In this document: in pieces, positions 1 through 7,734 of the stretch
How positions within the stretch are numbered: position 1 is the first letter of the stretch
Layout: each line of letters starts with the position of its first letter
Source of the DNA: Pseudomonadota bacterium
GTDB lineage: Archaea; Thermoplasmatota; SW-10-69-26; JACQPN01; JAJPHT01
Direction of reading: 5' to 3'
Assembly: GCA_021325135.1 (NCBI GenBank)
Contig: JAJPHT010000035.1
Location: 1-17,903 of the forward strand
DNA length: 17,903 bases
Notes under the pieces: generated by a model
Seen by the model: the letters and a program-made list of their open reading frames with translations, nothing else
What the model was told of the DNA's origin: nothing
Database searches by the model: none
Program-made: the position numbers and the translations under genes

Positions 1-377
1 AACTCCATGGCGCGCGGCACGCAGTAGTTCTCGTGGCTGCCGTAGGAGACGCCGTCGGGGTCCGTGTTGTTCTTGAACGCGCTGACCTTGACGTTGTGGA
101 ACTCCTCCAGCTTCATGCGGGCGAGGTCCACGATGCGCTCGCCCGCCTTCTCGTAGATGAGCATCTCGCGGGCGTTGAGCGTCTCGGGCGTGCTGATCTC
201 TAGGTGGCCCACGTCGAAGTAGGCGCGGCTGCCGTTCTTGAGCCACTCGCCCTGCGCGGCGAACTGCGACTTGCGGATCACTTCCAGGGCGAGCCGGTGC
301 GGGTCGATGCCGCGCGGGTTCATCTGGTGCGAGAAGAGGGTGTACTCGTGCTCGCTGCCCATGATGCGGGGCTTCAC
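1..377 (-). CDS. PafA/Dop family (Pup ligase/deamidase, carboxylate-amine ligase fold) protein; 5' part only, runs off the left edge
   Basis: Manual translation from GTG at 377: MKPRIMGSEHEYTLFSHQMNPRGIDPHRLALEVIRKSQFAAQGEWLKNGSRAYFDVGHLEISTPETLNAREMLIYEKAGERIVDLARMKLEEFHNVKVSAFKNNTDPDGVSYGSHENYCVPRAME. It matches the PafA/Dop motifs RIMGxExE, LxNGxRxYxD, H-x-E-x-S/T-x-E, KAGE, KNNxD and SYGxHENY. An AT-rich TATA-like tract lies at 402-413. Confidence 0.92.
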   Translation of the reverse strand, partial: MKPRIMGSEHEYTLFSHQMNPRGIDPHRLALEVIRKSQFAAQGEWLKNGSRAYFDVGHLEISTPETLNAREMLIYEKAGERIVDLARMKLEEFHNVKVSAFKNNTDPDGVSYGSHENYCVPRAME

Positions 378-464
378 GCACTCGCCAGGTGGCGGGCAGA
401 CTATTTCCCTTTTGCGAGAAGCGAGGCCGCTCCCTTCATGCGGGGCGCGGCATTTCCGCCGGGC

Positions 465-1073
465 GTGGGCGCCGAGGTCACCTGCACGGCGGAGCACGCC
501 GGCGAGCGCGGCGAGGGCAAGGCCATGCTGGAGGGGGACAAGCTCCTCTTCCGCGGGCCCTTCCGCGTCGCCATCCCGCTGGCGCAGGCCAAGGTCCGCG
601 TCGAGGGCGATGCCCTCGTGGCGGACTGGCCAGGCGGCCGCGCGTCGTTCCTGCTGGGGGCCAAGCGCGCGGCGGCGTGGGCGGAGAAGATCCTCCACCC
701 GCCGACGCGCCTCGACAAGGCGGGCGTCAAGGCGGGCACGCGCGTCTCCCTCGTGGGCCTCACGGAGAAGGGCTTCGCCGCGGAGCTTCGCGCGGCGGGG
801 GCGAAGGTCGTGCGCGCGGAGGCGGACGTGACCTTCGCGCAGATCGACGATCCCAAGGACCTGGGAGGCATCGCGAAGCTCGCCAAGGGGCTGCCCGCCG
901 AGGGCGCGCTGTGGGTCCTCTCCCCGCGCGGGCGGCCGGAGATCGCGGACACCGTGGTCATGGCGGCCGCGCGGAAGGCGGGCCTCGTGGACACCAAGGT
1001 CATGCGCTTCTCGGAGACGCACACGGCGCTGAAGCTCGTCTGGCCGCGCGAGGCGCGCGCGAAGAAGCCTTAA
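465..1073 (+). CDS. DUF3052-like domain protein with N-terminal extension
   Basis: Likely start is GTG 465 (MGAEVTCTA...), because the track extension to 204 overlaps the pafA/dop gene. The C-terminal half has LDKAGVKAG...GALWVLSPRG...AARKAGLVDTKVMRFSETHTALKLV, resembling DUF3052. Confidence 0.65.
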   Translation: MGAEVTCTAEHAGERGEGKAMLEGDKLLFRGPFRVAIPLAQAKVRVEGDALVADWPGGRASFLLGAKRAAAWAEKILHPPTRLDKAGVKAGTRVSLVGLTEKGFAAELRAAGAKVVRAEADVTFAQIDDPKDLGGIAKLAKGLPAEGALWVLSPRGRPEIADTVVMAAARKAGLVDTKVMRFSETHTALKLVWPREARAKKP

Positions 1074-1097
1074 GTCCCGGCCGACCGAAGGCATGGC

Positions 1098-1625
1098 GTG
1101 GACAATCTTGTCGCCGCCGAGCTGGACGGCGCGCGCGACTACACCGCGCTCTTCCGGCTGGTGAAGCGCCTCGTGGAGGCGCGCCTGCGCAAGTCGCGCG
1201 CCGGCATCATGCTGGGTCTGGCGCCCCTGGGCCTCTCGCCCGAGGGCTTCCTGGGCGGCTACTTCGTCCTGGGCTCCAACGCCATGATCCTCAACAAGGA
1301 CGTGCTCAACTACGTGAAGGTCCACGAGCCCGCGCACCACAACGCCTACGCGTTCCACGTCCTCCTCCACGAGTACCTCCACACGCTGGGCTACTTCCGC
1401 GAGGACGAGGTGCGCCCCATGGCCTACGACATCTCCCGCGACGCGCTGGGGCCTGAGCACCCCGCGACGCTCATCGCCGCCGCCATGGTGCCCGGCATGG
1501 AGGGCGAGGCGCCCGCGTTCTTCCGCAAGCTGGTGTACCCGCAGTTCGGCTGGGCCCCCGCGCGCCGGCCCGCCATCGAGATCGTCAAGGGGTTCGACCC
1601 CGACGCGACGCCTTACATCGGATGA
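1098..1625 (+). CDS. Hypothetical HExxH (zincin-like) metallopeptidase-type protein
   Basis: 175 aa containing HVLLHEYLHTLGYFREDEVR, with typical codon usage. TTAAG box at 1070-1074. Confidence 0.7.
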   Translation: MDNLVAAELDGARDYTALFRLVKRLVEARLRKSRAGIMLGLAPLGLSPEGFLGGYFVLGSNAMILNKDVLNYVKVHEPAHHNAYAFHVLLHEYLHTLGYFREDEVRPMAYDISRDALGPEHPATLIAAAMVPGMEGEAPAFFRKLVYPQFGWAPARRPAIEIVKGFDPDATPYIG

Positions 1626-1676
1626 CCATTCTCGGACTCGCGCGCCCAATCCTGGCTCATCCTCGTCGGAACGCCT

Positions 1677-1922
1677 ATGGCCGCGTCGGGCGCTTTCCGG
1701 CGCGTGAAGACGCTCAGCTTCCCGCTGGCCGTGCTCGACGCCGCGAACGTCGAGGACCTGCTGGACCTCGTGACCTCCATGGACGGCGTGGTGGCCGCAC
1801 TGGTGGAGCGCGACGCGCCCGGCCTCCAGGTCCTCGTGCGCAGCGACCACAGCGCGCTCCTCGTGCGCGAAGGCCTGCGCTCCGCGCTGGCGGCCGGCTG
1901 GGCCGGCGCGGCGCACGCCTGA
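1677..1922 (+). CDS. Small hypothetical protein (81 aa)
   Basis: ATG-started ORF with plausible codon usage filling the gap between two + strand genes; no recognisable motif. Confidence 0.5.
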   Translation: MAASGAFRRVKTLSFPLAVLDAANVEDLLDLVTSMDGVVAALVERDAPGLQVLVRSDHSALLVREGLRSALAAGWAGAAHA

Positions 1923-1976
1923 GCGCGGGCGCCGATTCCGCAGCGTTCAAAGCGCGCCCGCGCCTGGCTCTCCCGT

Positions 1977-3233
1977 ATGCGCGCCGCGCTCCTGCTTGTC
2001 GCCCTGCTCCTCGCCGGCTGCGCCGCGCCCTCGGCCCCCACCACGACAACGCCGTCGTCGACGCCCTCTTCGACCCCCGCGCCGACGGAGACTCCGTCCT
2101 CGCCCCCGGCGACGACGCCCACCCCCTCGGGGAACGCGGACGCCCTGACGAGGTTCACGGGCTGCAAGGGCTCCGGGCCCGTGACGTTCGCGCAGTCGCC
2201 CATGCGCGTGAGCGACTTCGGCAACATGCTCCCCTACGGCGTCGTCGTGGGCGGGCACGTGACCCCCATCGACCACATGTACTTCTCTCCGGCGAACGTC
2301 AGCCTGGGGCGCGACGCCTACGAGGTGCGCGCGATCGGCGACGCGGTGATCTACAGCATCCAGCCGCGCGACGTCAACGTCGAGTCGGGCGCCGCGAAGC
2401 TGCGCGAATGGCGCGTGGACATGGCGCACACGTGCACGTTCACCAGCTACTTCGACCTGCTCACGAGCCTCGCGCCCGACTTGGAGGCGGCGTACAACGC
2501 GAGCCGCGCGGGCAACCAGGGACCCCTCTCCGTGCCGGTGAAGGCGGGCCAGCTCGTCGGCCGCATCGGGGCCCAGACGCTGGACTTCGGCGTGTACGAC
2601 TACAACGTCACGCTGCCCGGCTTCCTCGTGCCCTCGCACTACGACCGCGAGCCGTGGAAGGTCCACACCGTCGACCCCTTCCCGCACTTCCCGCCGGACG
2701 TGCGCGCGGCCATGCTGGCGAAGATGCTGCGCACCGCGGAGCCTCGCGCGGGGAAAATCGACTGGGACGTGGACGGCGCGCTCGTGGGCAACTGGTTCAA
2801 GGTGGGCACGAACGGCTACGCGGGCGTCGATCCGTCCAACTACTGGGAAGGGCACCTGAGCGTCTCGCCCGACACCTACGATCCCTCGCACGTCGTCTTC
2901 AGCATCGGCGACTTCAACGGGACACCGCGGCAATTCGGCGTCAAGGGGAACCCGGACCCGGCGAAGGTCACGCCCGCCTCCGGCCTCCTGAAGTGGGAAT
3001 TGGTGACGTTCGACGAGTACGACAACAAGACAGGCGAGCGCGGCTTCTCGCGGGACGGCACGACGGGGATCCAGCCCGGCGACGGCATCACGGCGCGCAA
3101 CGACGACCAGGTCGTGGGCGTCGCGCTGCTCCAGATGACCGGGCCTCGCGCGCTGAAGCTGGAGGTCTTCCCCGGCAAGGCCGCGGCTGACGTGACGGGT
3201 TTCGACGCCGACGCCTGGAGCTACGAGCGCTAG
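1977..3233 (+). CDS. Putative lipoprotein with Thr/Pro/Ser linker and beta-rich extracellular domain
   Basis: Signal peptide with lipobox LLAGC and linker APSAPTTTTPSSTPSSTPAPTETPSSPPATTPTP. The globular domain contains GHVTPIDHMYF and VKAGQLVGRIG. Confidence 0.8.
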   Translation: MRAALLLVALLLAGCAAPSAPTTTTPSSTPSSTPAPTETPSSPPATTPTPSGNADALTRFTGCKGSGPVTFAQSPMRVSDFGNMLPYGVVVGGHVTPIDHMYFSPANVSLGRDAYEVRAIGDAVIYSIQPRDVNVESGAAKLREWRVDMAHTCTFTSYFDLLTSLAPDLEAAYNASRAGNQGPLSVPVKAGQLVGRIGAQTLDFGVYDYNVTLPGFLVPSHYDREPWKVHTVDPFPHFPPDVRAAMLAKMLRTAEPRAGKIDWDVDGALVGNWFKVGTNGYAGVDPSNYWEGHLSVSPDTYDPSHVVFSIGDFNGTPRQFGVKGNPDPAKVTPASGLLKWELVTFDEYDNKTGERGFSRDGTTGIQPGDGITARNDDQVVGVALLQMTGPRALKLEVFPGKAAADVTGFDADAWSYER

Positions 3234-3688
3234 GCGGACGCCACCGGGGGCTCGGGCTCCGTGCGGGGGCCGTACCTGACGAGCCCCAGGAGCGCGACGA
3301 CGAGGCCCAGCTCCACCGTCTTCGTGAAGAGGTCCATGAGGCCGATCTCCTCCTTCTCGCCCGCCATGGGGCCCGCGGGGACGCCCACGAAGCGCGTGTA
3401 CGCCCAGAGCGCGAGCAGGAGGACGTTGCCCACGAGGCCGCAGGCGAGCATGAAGCGCCACCCGCTGGGCCACCACGCGGGCCGCGGGCGCGGGCTGTAG
3501 CCCTCCCAGAGGAGGATCGCGCCGTTGGCGGCCTGCGCGACGAAGCAGACGACGAAGAACGCGCCGTAGCCCCACCACTCCTCGAAGTGCTCCGGCGCGA
3601 CGGCCAGGTGCAGCAGCCCCGCGATCGCGCTGAGGCTTCCGGCGACGAGGACGAGGCGCCGCGTCGGCGCGTCCCAGAGGGGGTGCAC
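3230..3688 (-). CDS. Hypothetical integral membrane protein (about 4 TM)
   Basis: Hydrophobic segments; AGLLHLAVAPEHFEEWWGYGAFF motif; GTG start about 25 nt from an AT-rich tract. Confidence 0.7.
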   Translation of the reverse strand: MHPLWDAPTRRLVLVAGSLSAIAGLLHLAVAPEHFEEWWGYGAFFVVCFVAQAANGAILLWEGYSPRPRPAWWPSGWRFMLACGLVGNVLLLALWAYTRFVGVPAGPMAGEKEEIGLMDLFTKTVELGLVVALLGLVRYGPRTEPEPPVASA

Positions 3689-3742
3689 GCAAGGGCCACG
3701 GGGGCAGGAGGGATATGCCTCTTTTCCCCACTCCGGCTGGCC

Positions 3743-4108
3743 CTACGCCCTGGACCAGCGCAGGGGCTTGCCCCCGTCGCGCCTGAGGACGCCCTGCGCC
3801 TCCAGGTCCAGCTGGACGCACTTGACCCACCACTCGACCTTCTCGCCGCCGGGCCAGTGCTCCGCGGGCGCCACCTTGCGCGCGGCGTCCCACATCTCGC
3901 TCTGCGTGAGCCCCGCGCCCTTGGGGACGACCTGGAGAAGCACCTTCCTCATCGCGTCGTACTTCGTCCGGTCGACGGTGGCGGTGTAGCCGGGCACGTT
4001 GGGCGTGCGCACCTGCACGCGGTCGCCCGCGGGCGCGGCGGCCTTCTTCGCCGCCTTCCTCGGGGCGGCCTTCTTCGCGCTCTTCTTGGCGCTCTTCTTC
4101 GCGGCCAT
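3743..4108 (-). CDS. DUF6958-like winged-helix protein with Lys/Ala-rich N-terminal tail
   Basis: ATG 4108 gives MAAKKSAKKSAKKAAPRKAAKKAAAP, followed by VDRTKYDAMRKVLL...GLTQSEM...WWVKCVQLDLEAQG. Confidence 0.7.
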   Translation of the reverse strand: MAAKKSAKKSAKKAAPRKAAKKAAAPAGDRVQVRTPNVPGYTATVDRTKYDAMRKVLLQVVPKGAGLTQSEMWDAARKVAPAEHWPGGEKVEWWVKCVQLDLEAQGVLRRDGGKPLRWSRA

Positions 4109-4186
4109 GGGCGGGCCAGCGTGGCGGCTCCGCTTCAACGTGGCGAAAGGCGGGCGGGGCGCAGCGAAGCGCCTCCGCGCGCGACA

Positions 4187-4633
4187 TCAGCCGGAGTCGA
4201 CCTCGGCGTCGTCGTCGCAGACGTCGTGGTCGTAGACGCCCAGCAGGATGGACTGCCCGACCACGGGGAGCGGGTGGCTCGCGCCGTCGTAGCAGACCTC
4301 GGCGCCGCCGACGCCCGCCACGAAGGCGTGGACCTCGAGGTGGTCGTCACCGGGGGCGGTGCAGGCGTTGCCGCCGGGGATGCCCTTGGGGTCGTTGAGG
4401 AACGCCAGCAGGGCCGCGGCGGCGCCGGAGCCCGTGGGGTTCGTGGGGTCGCTGGGGAGGACGGTGTTGTAGACGGTGCCGTCCTCGACCTCGACCTCAG
4501 CCTCGCCGCCGGTGCCGTCGAGGTCGTAGCACTCGCCGCTGATGCCCGCGTCGACGGGGTCGGGCTGGGCCGCGTGGGCATAGGCCGGGATCAGGAGAAA
4601 GGCCGCTAGCAGATACAGGATGCGGAGCTTCAT
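4187..4633 (-). CDS. Secreted acidic hypothetical protein with 4 Cys
   Basis: ATG 4633 gives the signal peptide MKLRILYLLAAFLLIPAYAHA; the mature part is Asp/Gly-rich with four Cys. Confidence 0.7.
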   Translation of the reverse strand: MKLRILYLLAAFLLIPAYAHAAQPDPVDAGISGECYDLDGTGGEAEVEVEDGTVYNTVLPSDPTNPTGSGAAAALLAFLNDPKGIPGGNACTAPGDDHLEVHAFVAGVGGAEVCYDGASHPLPVVGQSILLGVYDHDVCDDDAEVDSG

Positions 4634-4736
4634 GGGTGGTTCCCCGCGCCGGCCAGGCCCGCGGGGAAGGATATCATTGTTGGAGATCGGATGTGAAATC
4701 GCACGAAGCCCCGCCTCAGATAACGGATTGATCCAC

Positions 4737-4798
4737 AAAAAGAGGGCATCCGAGAAGGAAAAGGGGGCGCGCGGGCGCGGCGCGGGGCCGCGCCCGTG
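4737..4798 (-). terminator. Possible terminator downstream of arc
   Basis: GC hairpin CGGGCGCGGC/GCCGCGCCCG (about 4772-4796), followed on the minus strand by CCCCCTTTTCC and CTCTTTTTG pyrimidine/T tracts. Confidence 0.4.
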
Positions 4799-4809
4799 AC
4801 GATCCGGTT

Positions 4810-5013
4810 CTCACATCACTTCGACGTTGTCGTTCGCTGCAAACCGCGCGCGCTCCCACGGCCGAAGCCTCTCCTCGCGGCCTGAAGGCCGCTCGTCGGG
4901 ATCGGCCTGGTCGCACGCGCGATTTGCGCTGCACGCCAACGTCGAAGTCAAGTTCGGCCTTCGGCCTCACATGACTTCGACGTTGTCGTTCGCTGCAAAC
5001 CGCGCGCGCTCCC
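4810..5013. repeat. Direct and inverted copies of the arc 3' end
   Basis: 4810-4857 matches 4966-5013 at 47/48. 4913-4950 is an inverted copy (31/38). Small hairpins lie at 4877-4892 and 4956-4966. Confidence 0.92.
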
Positions 5014-6499
5014 GCTGCCGCTTCTGGTACACGGACGACTCGACGAGGGCGTGCTCCTTGGACTCCTCCTCGGCGGCCTTGCGCAGGTCCTCGAAGTTGA
5101 GGCCTTCGCGGGCGCGCTCGTGAGAGCCGCGCGGATAGGGCAGCACGCGCTTCACGTAGTTCTTCTTCGCGGTGGTGATGATGCTCTCGATGAGGGCGCC
5201 GGAGATGATGTCCTTGCGCTTGATGGTCTTCACGGACTCCTTGGCCTCGGGGTCCAGCTTGAACTCGACCCACTTGTTGTCGCCGTAGAGCTCCTCGATG
5301 AGCATGCTCTTCATCGTCTCCAGGGCCTTCTCCTTGGAGCCGCCGTTGTCGCGCACGAACGTCTCCTGGAGGGGCAGGTCCTTGGTGAGGTAGATGTCGA
5401 TGATCTGCATCGCGGCCTGCTTGTTGGGACGCTGGATCTCGATGACCTCGTCGAAGCGGCCCGGGCGCAGCAGCGCGGGGTCGATCATGTCGGGGCGGTT
5501 CGTGGCGCCGAGGATGTAGACGTCCTTCAGCGTGTCGATGCCGTCCATCTCCGAGAGGATCTGCGCGATGATGTTCTTCTGGACGCCTGCGCTGTCCTGC
5601 TGGCCGCGCGTCGTGCCCAGCGCGTCGAACTCGTCGAAGAAGATGATGCTGGGCGCGTTCTCGCGCGCCTTGCGGAAGAGCGCCTTGATCATGTTCTCGG
5701 ACTCGCCCACCCACTTGGAGAGGATGTCGGCCACCTTGACGTTGAAGAACGTCATGTCGTTCTCGGTGGCGACGGCCTTGCCGATGAGCGTCTTGCCGCA
5801 GCCGGGCGGGCCGTAGAGGAGGACGCCCTTGGGCGCCTTCAGCTTGATCGCGGCGAAAAGCTCGGGCTCCTTGTAGGGAAGCTCGACCACGTCGCGGATG
5901 CGGTCCAGCGTCTCGTCCAGGCCGCCGATCTGCGCGTACTTCACGTTGGGCGTCTCGCCCAGGAAGAGGTCGCGGATCTCGCTGCTGGGGCGCACCTCCA
6001 GGATGTCCAGCGTGGGCGGCAGGAGGCTGACCTCGTAGCCGATCTTGATCTCGTCGCCCATGCCCGAGGGCAGGTCGATGATCTTCTTCTCCATGCCGTC
6101 GGAGGTGGTGATGACGAGCTTGTCCTGGTAGATGTCGACGACCTTGCCCACGACGCCCTGCTCGTACTGGCGCGTGGAGGCGATGATGGCGTAGGTCTTG
6201 GGGTGGAGCCAGACGTACTGGCCCGTGCGGAGGTCGGACTTCGCGACCTGGCCCACGGCGACCTTGAGCACCTGCGTGCCGTGGCTGACGACGACTTCCT
6301 GGGGCTCCAGGTCGGCGCCTGTCAAGCGCAGGACGTATGCCGAGAGGAGCGGCGGCTCCTTGATCTGGTTGAACTTCTCCTCGTAGGCCTTGACGATGGC
6401 CTGGAGCTCGGCGATCTGCTCCTCCTTGCTGGGCGCGTCGCCGGCGTCGGCGCCGCGCGGGGCGCGGCCGCGCTTCTCCATGTCCCGGTCGTCCTTCAT
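4967..6499 (-). CDS. arc: ARC/Mpa-type proteasome-associated AAA+ ATPase
   Basis: N-terminal coiled coil ending in KEPP, then a beta-rich (OB-like) interdomain. Also present: YAQIGGL...IRDVVELP, Walker A GPPGCGKT, Walker B IFFDEFD, and SRH ATNRPDMIDPALLRPGRFD. The C-terminal region (YLTKDLPL...LYGDNKWVE...KDIISGALIESIITTAKK...GLNFEDL) follows actinobacterial Mpa/ARC rather than PAN. Confidence 0.85.
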   Translation of the reverse strand: MKDDRDMEKRGRAPRGADAGDAPSKEEQIAELQAIVKAYEEKFNQIKEPPLLSAYVLRLTGADLEPQEVVVSHGTQVLKVAVGQVAKSDLRTGQYVWLHPKTYAIIASTRQYEQGVVGKVVDIYQDKLVITTSDGMEKKIIDLPSGMGDEIKIGYEVSLLPPTLDILEVRPSSEIRDLFLGETPNVKYAQIGGLDETLDRIRDVVELPYKEPELFAAIKLKAPKGVLLYGPPGCGKTLIGKAVATENDMTFFNVKVADILSKWVGESENMIKALFRKARENAPSIIFFDEFDALGTTRGQQDSAGVQKNIIAQILSEMDGIDTLKDVYILGATNRPDMIDPALLRPGRFDEVIEIQRPNKQAAMQIIDIYLTKDLPLQETFVRDNGGSKEKALETMKSMLIEELYGDNKWVEFKLDPEAKESVKTIKRKDIISGALIESIITTAKKNYVKRVLPYPRGSHERAREGLNFEDLRKAAEEESKEHALVESSVYQKRQRERARFAANDNVEVM

Positions 6500-6531
6500 C
6501 GGTGATCCGTCGCGGCTAGGGACTTGCTCAG

Positions 6532-6537
6532 CTTAAA
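6532..6537 (-). promoter_or_regulatory. TATA-like box (TTTAAG) for arc
   Basis: TTTAAG on the minus strand about 33 nt upstream of ATG 6499, preceded by purine-rich GAAGG (BRE-like). Confidence 0.5.
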
Positions 6538-6710
6538 GTACCTTCTCCATGGGAAGTGTTCCTCCCGCGCTCGGTCGAGGCCGTCGGCGCCAGGCCCCCA
6601 CGGCCGCGGGCCATCGAACGGGCCCCGTCTCGCGCTCCGCAGGCGGTAGCGCAAGGGGCCCCGCGGAGGAAGGACAACCCTTTTTCCGGGGGCCCCTCCA
6701 TCGCGCCCCC

Positions 6711-7733
6711 ATGGGCGTCGACCTCTCGGACGTCGTGCCGCGCACGCCGCGCACGCTCCAGGATTTCCAGGGGAAGACCATCGCCATCGACGCCCACAAC
6801 GCGCTCTACCAGTTCCTCTCCAGCATCCGCCAGCCCGACGGCACGCCGCTGAAGGACAAGCAGGGGCGCGTCACGAGCCACCTCTCCGGGCTCCTCTACC
6901 GCACGGCGAACCTGGCGGAGTCCGGCATCCGTCCGGTCTACGTCTTCGACGGCAAGCCCCCCGAGCTGAAGCGCGCCACCATCGAGGAGCGCATCGAGCG
7001 CAAGGCGAAGGCCGAGGCCGAGCTGAAGCAGGCCCTGGAGGAGGGCGACGAGGAGAAGGCGTTCAGCAAGGCGCAGCAGACCTCGCACCTCTCCCGCGAC
7101 ATGGTCGCGGAGGCCAAGGCGCTCCTGGACGCCTTGGGCATCCCGTGGGTGCAGGCGCCCGGCGAGGGCGAGGCTCAGGCCGCGCGCATGGCGGAGAAGG
7201 GCGACGTGTGGGCCGCCTCGTCTCAGGACTACGACTCGCTCCTCTTCGGCGCGCCGCGGCTCGTGCGCAACCTGGCCGTCACCGGGAAGCGCAAGCTCCC
7301 CGGCAAGAGCGTGTGGGTCGACGTGGAGCCCGAGATGATCGAGCTTTCCCAGGTGCTCGAGGCCTTGGGCCTCACGCGCCAGCAGCTCGTGGAGGCCGGC
7401 ATCCTCGTGGGCACGGACTTCGACGCGGGCGTGAAAGGCGTCGGCCCCAAGCGTGCGGTGAAGCTCATCAAGGAGAAGGGCGCGCTCATCGACGTGCTCA
7501 CGCAGCTGGAGGCCGACATCCCGGACGCGGACGCCATCCGGGACATCTTCCTGAAGCCCGAGGTCACCGACGACTACTCGGTGAAGTTCGGGCAGGTCAA
7601 CGAGGCCGCCGTGCGCGACGTCCTGGTGCGCCAGCACGACTTCGGCGAGGAGCGCGTCAAGGCGACGTTCCCCCGCTACGCGAAGCTGCACGAGGCGATG
7701 AAGCAGCGCTCGCTGGACGCCTTCTTCGGCTAG
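6711..7733 (+). CDS. fen: Flap endonuclease 1 (archaeal FEN1)
   Basis: MGVDLSD...IAIDAHNALYQFLSSIRQPDGTPL, TSHLSGLLYRT, YVFDGKPP, APGEGEAQAA, SQDYDSLLFG, LVGTDF, GVGPKRA, and C-terminal PIP box QRSLDAFF. The true start is ATG 6711. Confidence 0.97.
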   Translation: MGVDLSDVVPRTPRTLQDFQGKTIAIDAHNALYQFLSSIRQPDGTPLKDKQGRVTSHLSGLLYRTANLAESGIRPVYVFDGKPPELKRATIEERIERKAKAEAELKQALEEGDEEKAFSKAQQTSHLSRDMVAEAKALLDALGIPWVQAPGEGEAQAARMAEKGDVWAASSQDYDSLLFGAPRLVRNLAVTGKRKLPGKSVWVDVEPEMIELSQVLEALGLTRQQLVEAGILVGTDFDAGVKGVGPKRAVKLIKEKGALIDVLTQLEADIPDADAIRDIFLKPEVTDDYSVKFGQVNEAAVRDVLVRQHDFGEERVKATFPRYAKLHEAMKQRSLDAFFG

Positions 7734-7734
7734 G

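Noticed and set aside
204-464. N-terminal extension of track ORF 204..1073
   Set aside because: Largely the antisense shadow of the pafA/dop gene; GTG 465 is the more plausible start.
4725-4736. GGATTGATCCAC similar to the reverse complement of GTGGATCAAATCC near 15372
   Set aside because: Short gapped match seen only twice; cannot be distinguished from chance.
378-4966. A Pup/UBact modifier gene between arc and pafA/dop
   Set aside because: None of the plausible small ORFs ends in GGE/GGQ or G[EQ] or looks disordered and acidic like Pup. If present, it is probably outside the window.
4810-5013. Diversity-generating retroelement TR/VR pair or an integrative-element att duplication
   Set aside because: No reverse transcriptase or integrase in the window. 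The single mismatch is C/G rather than adenine-specific, and only about 108 bp separate the copies.
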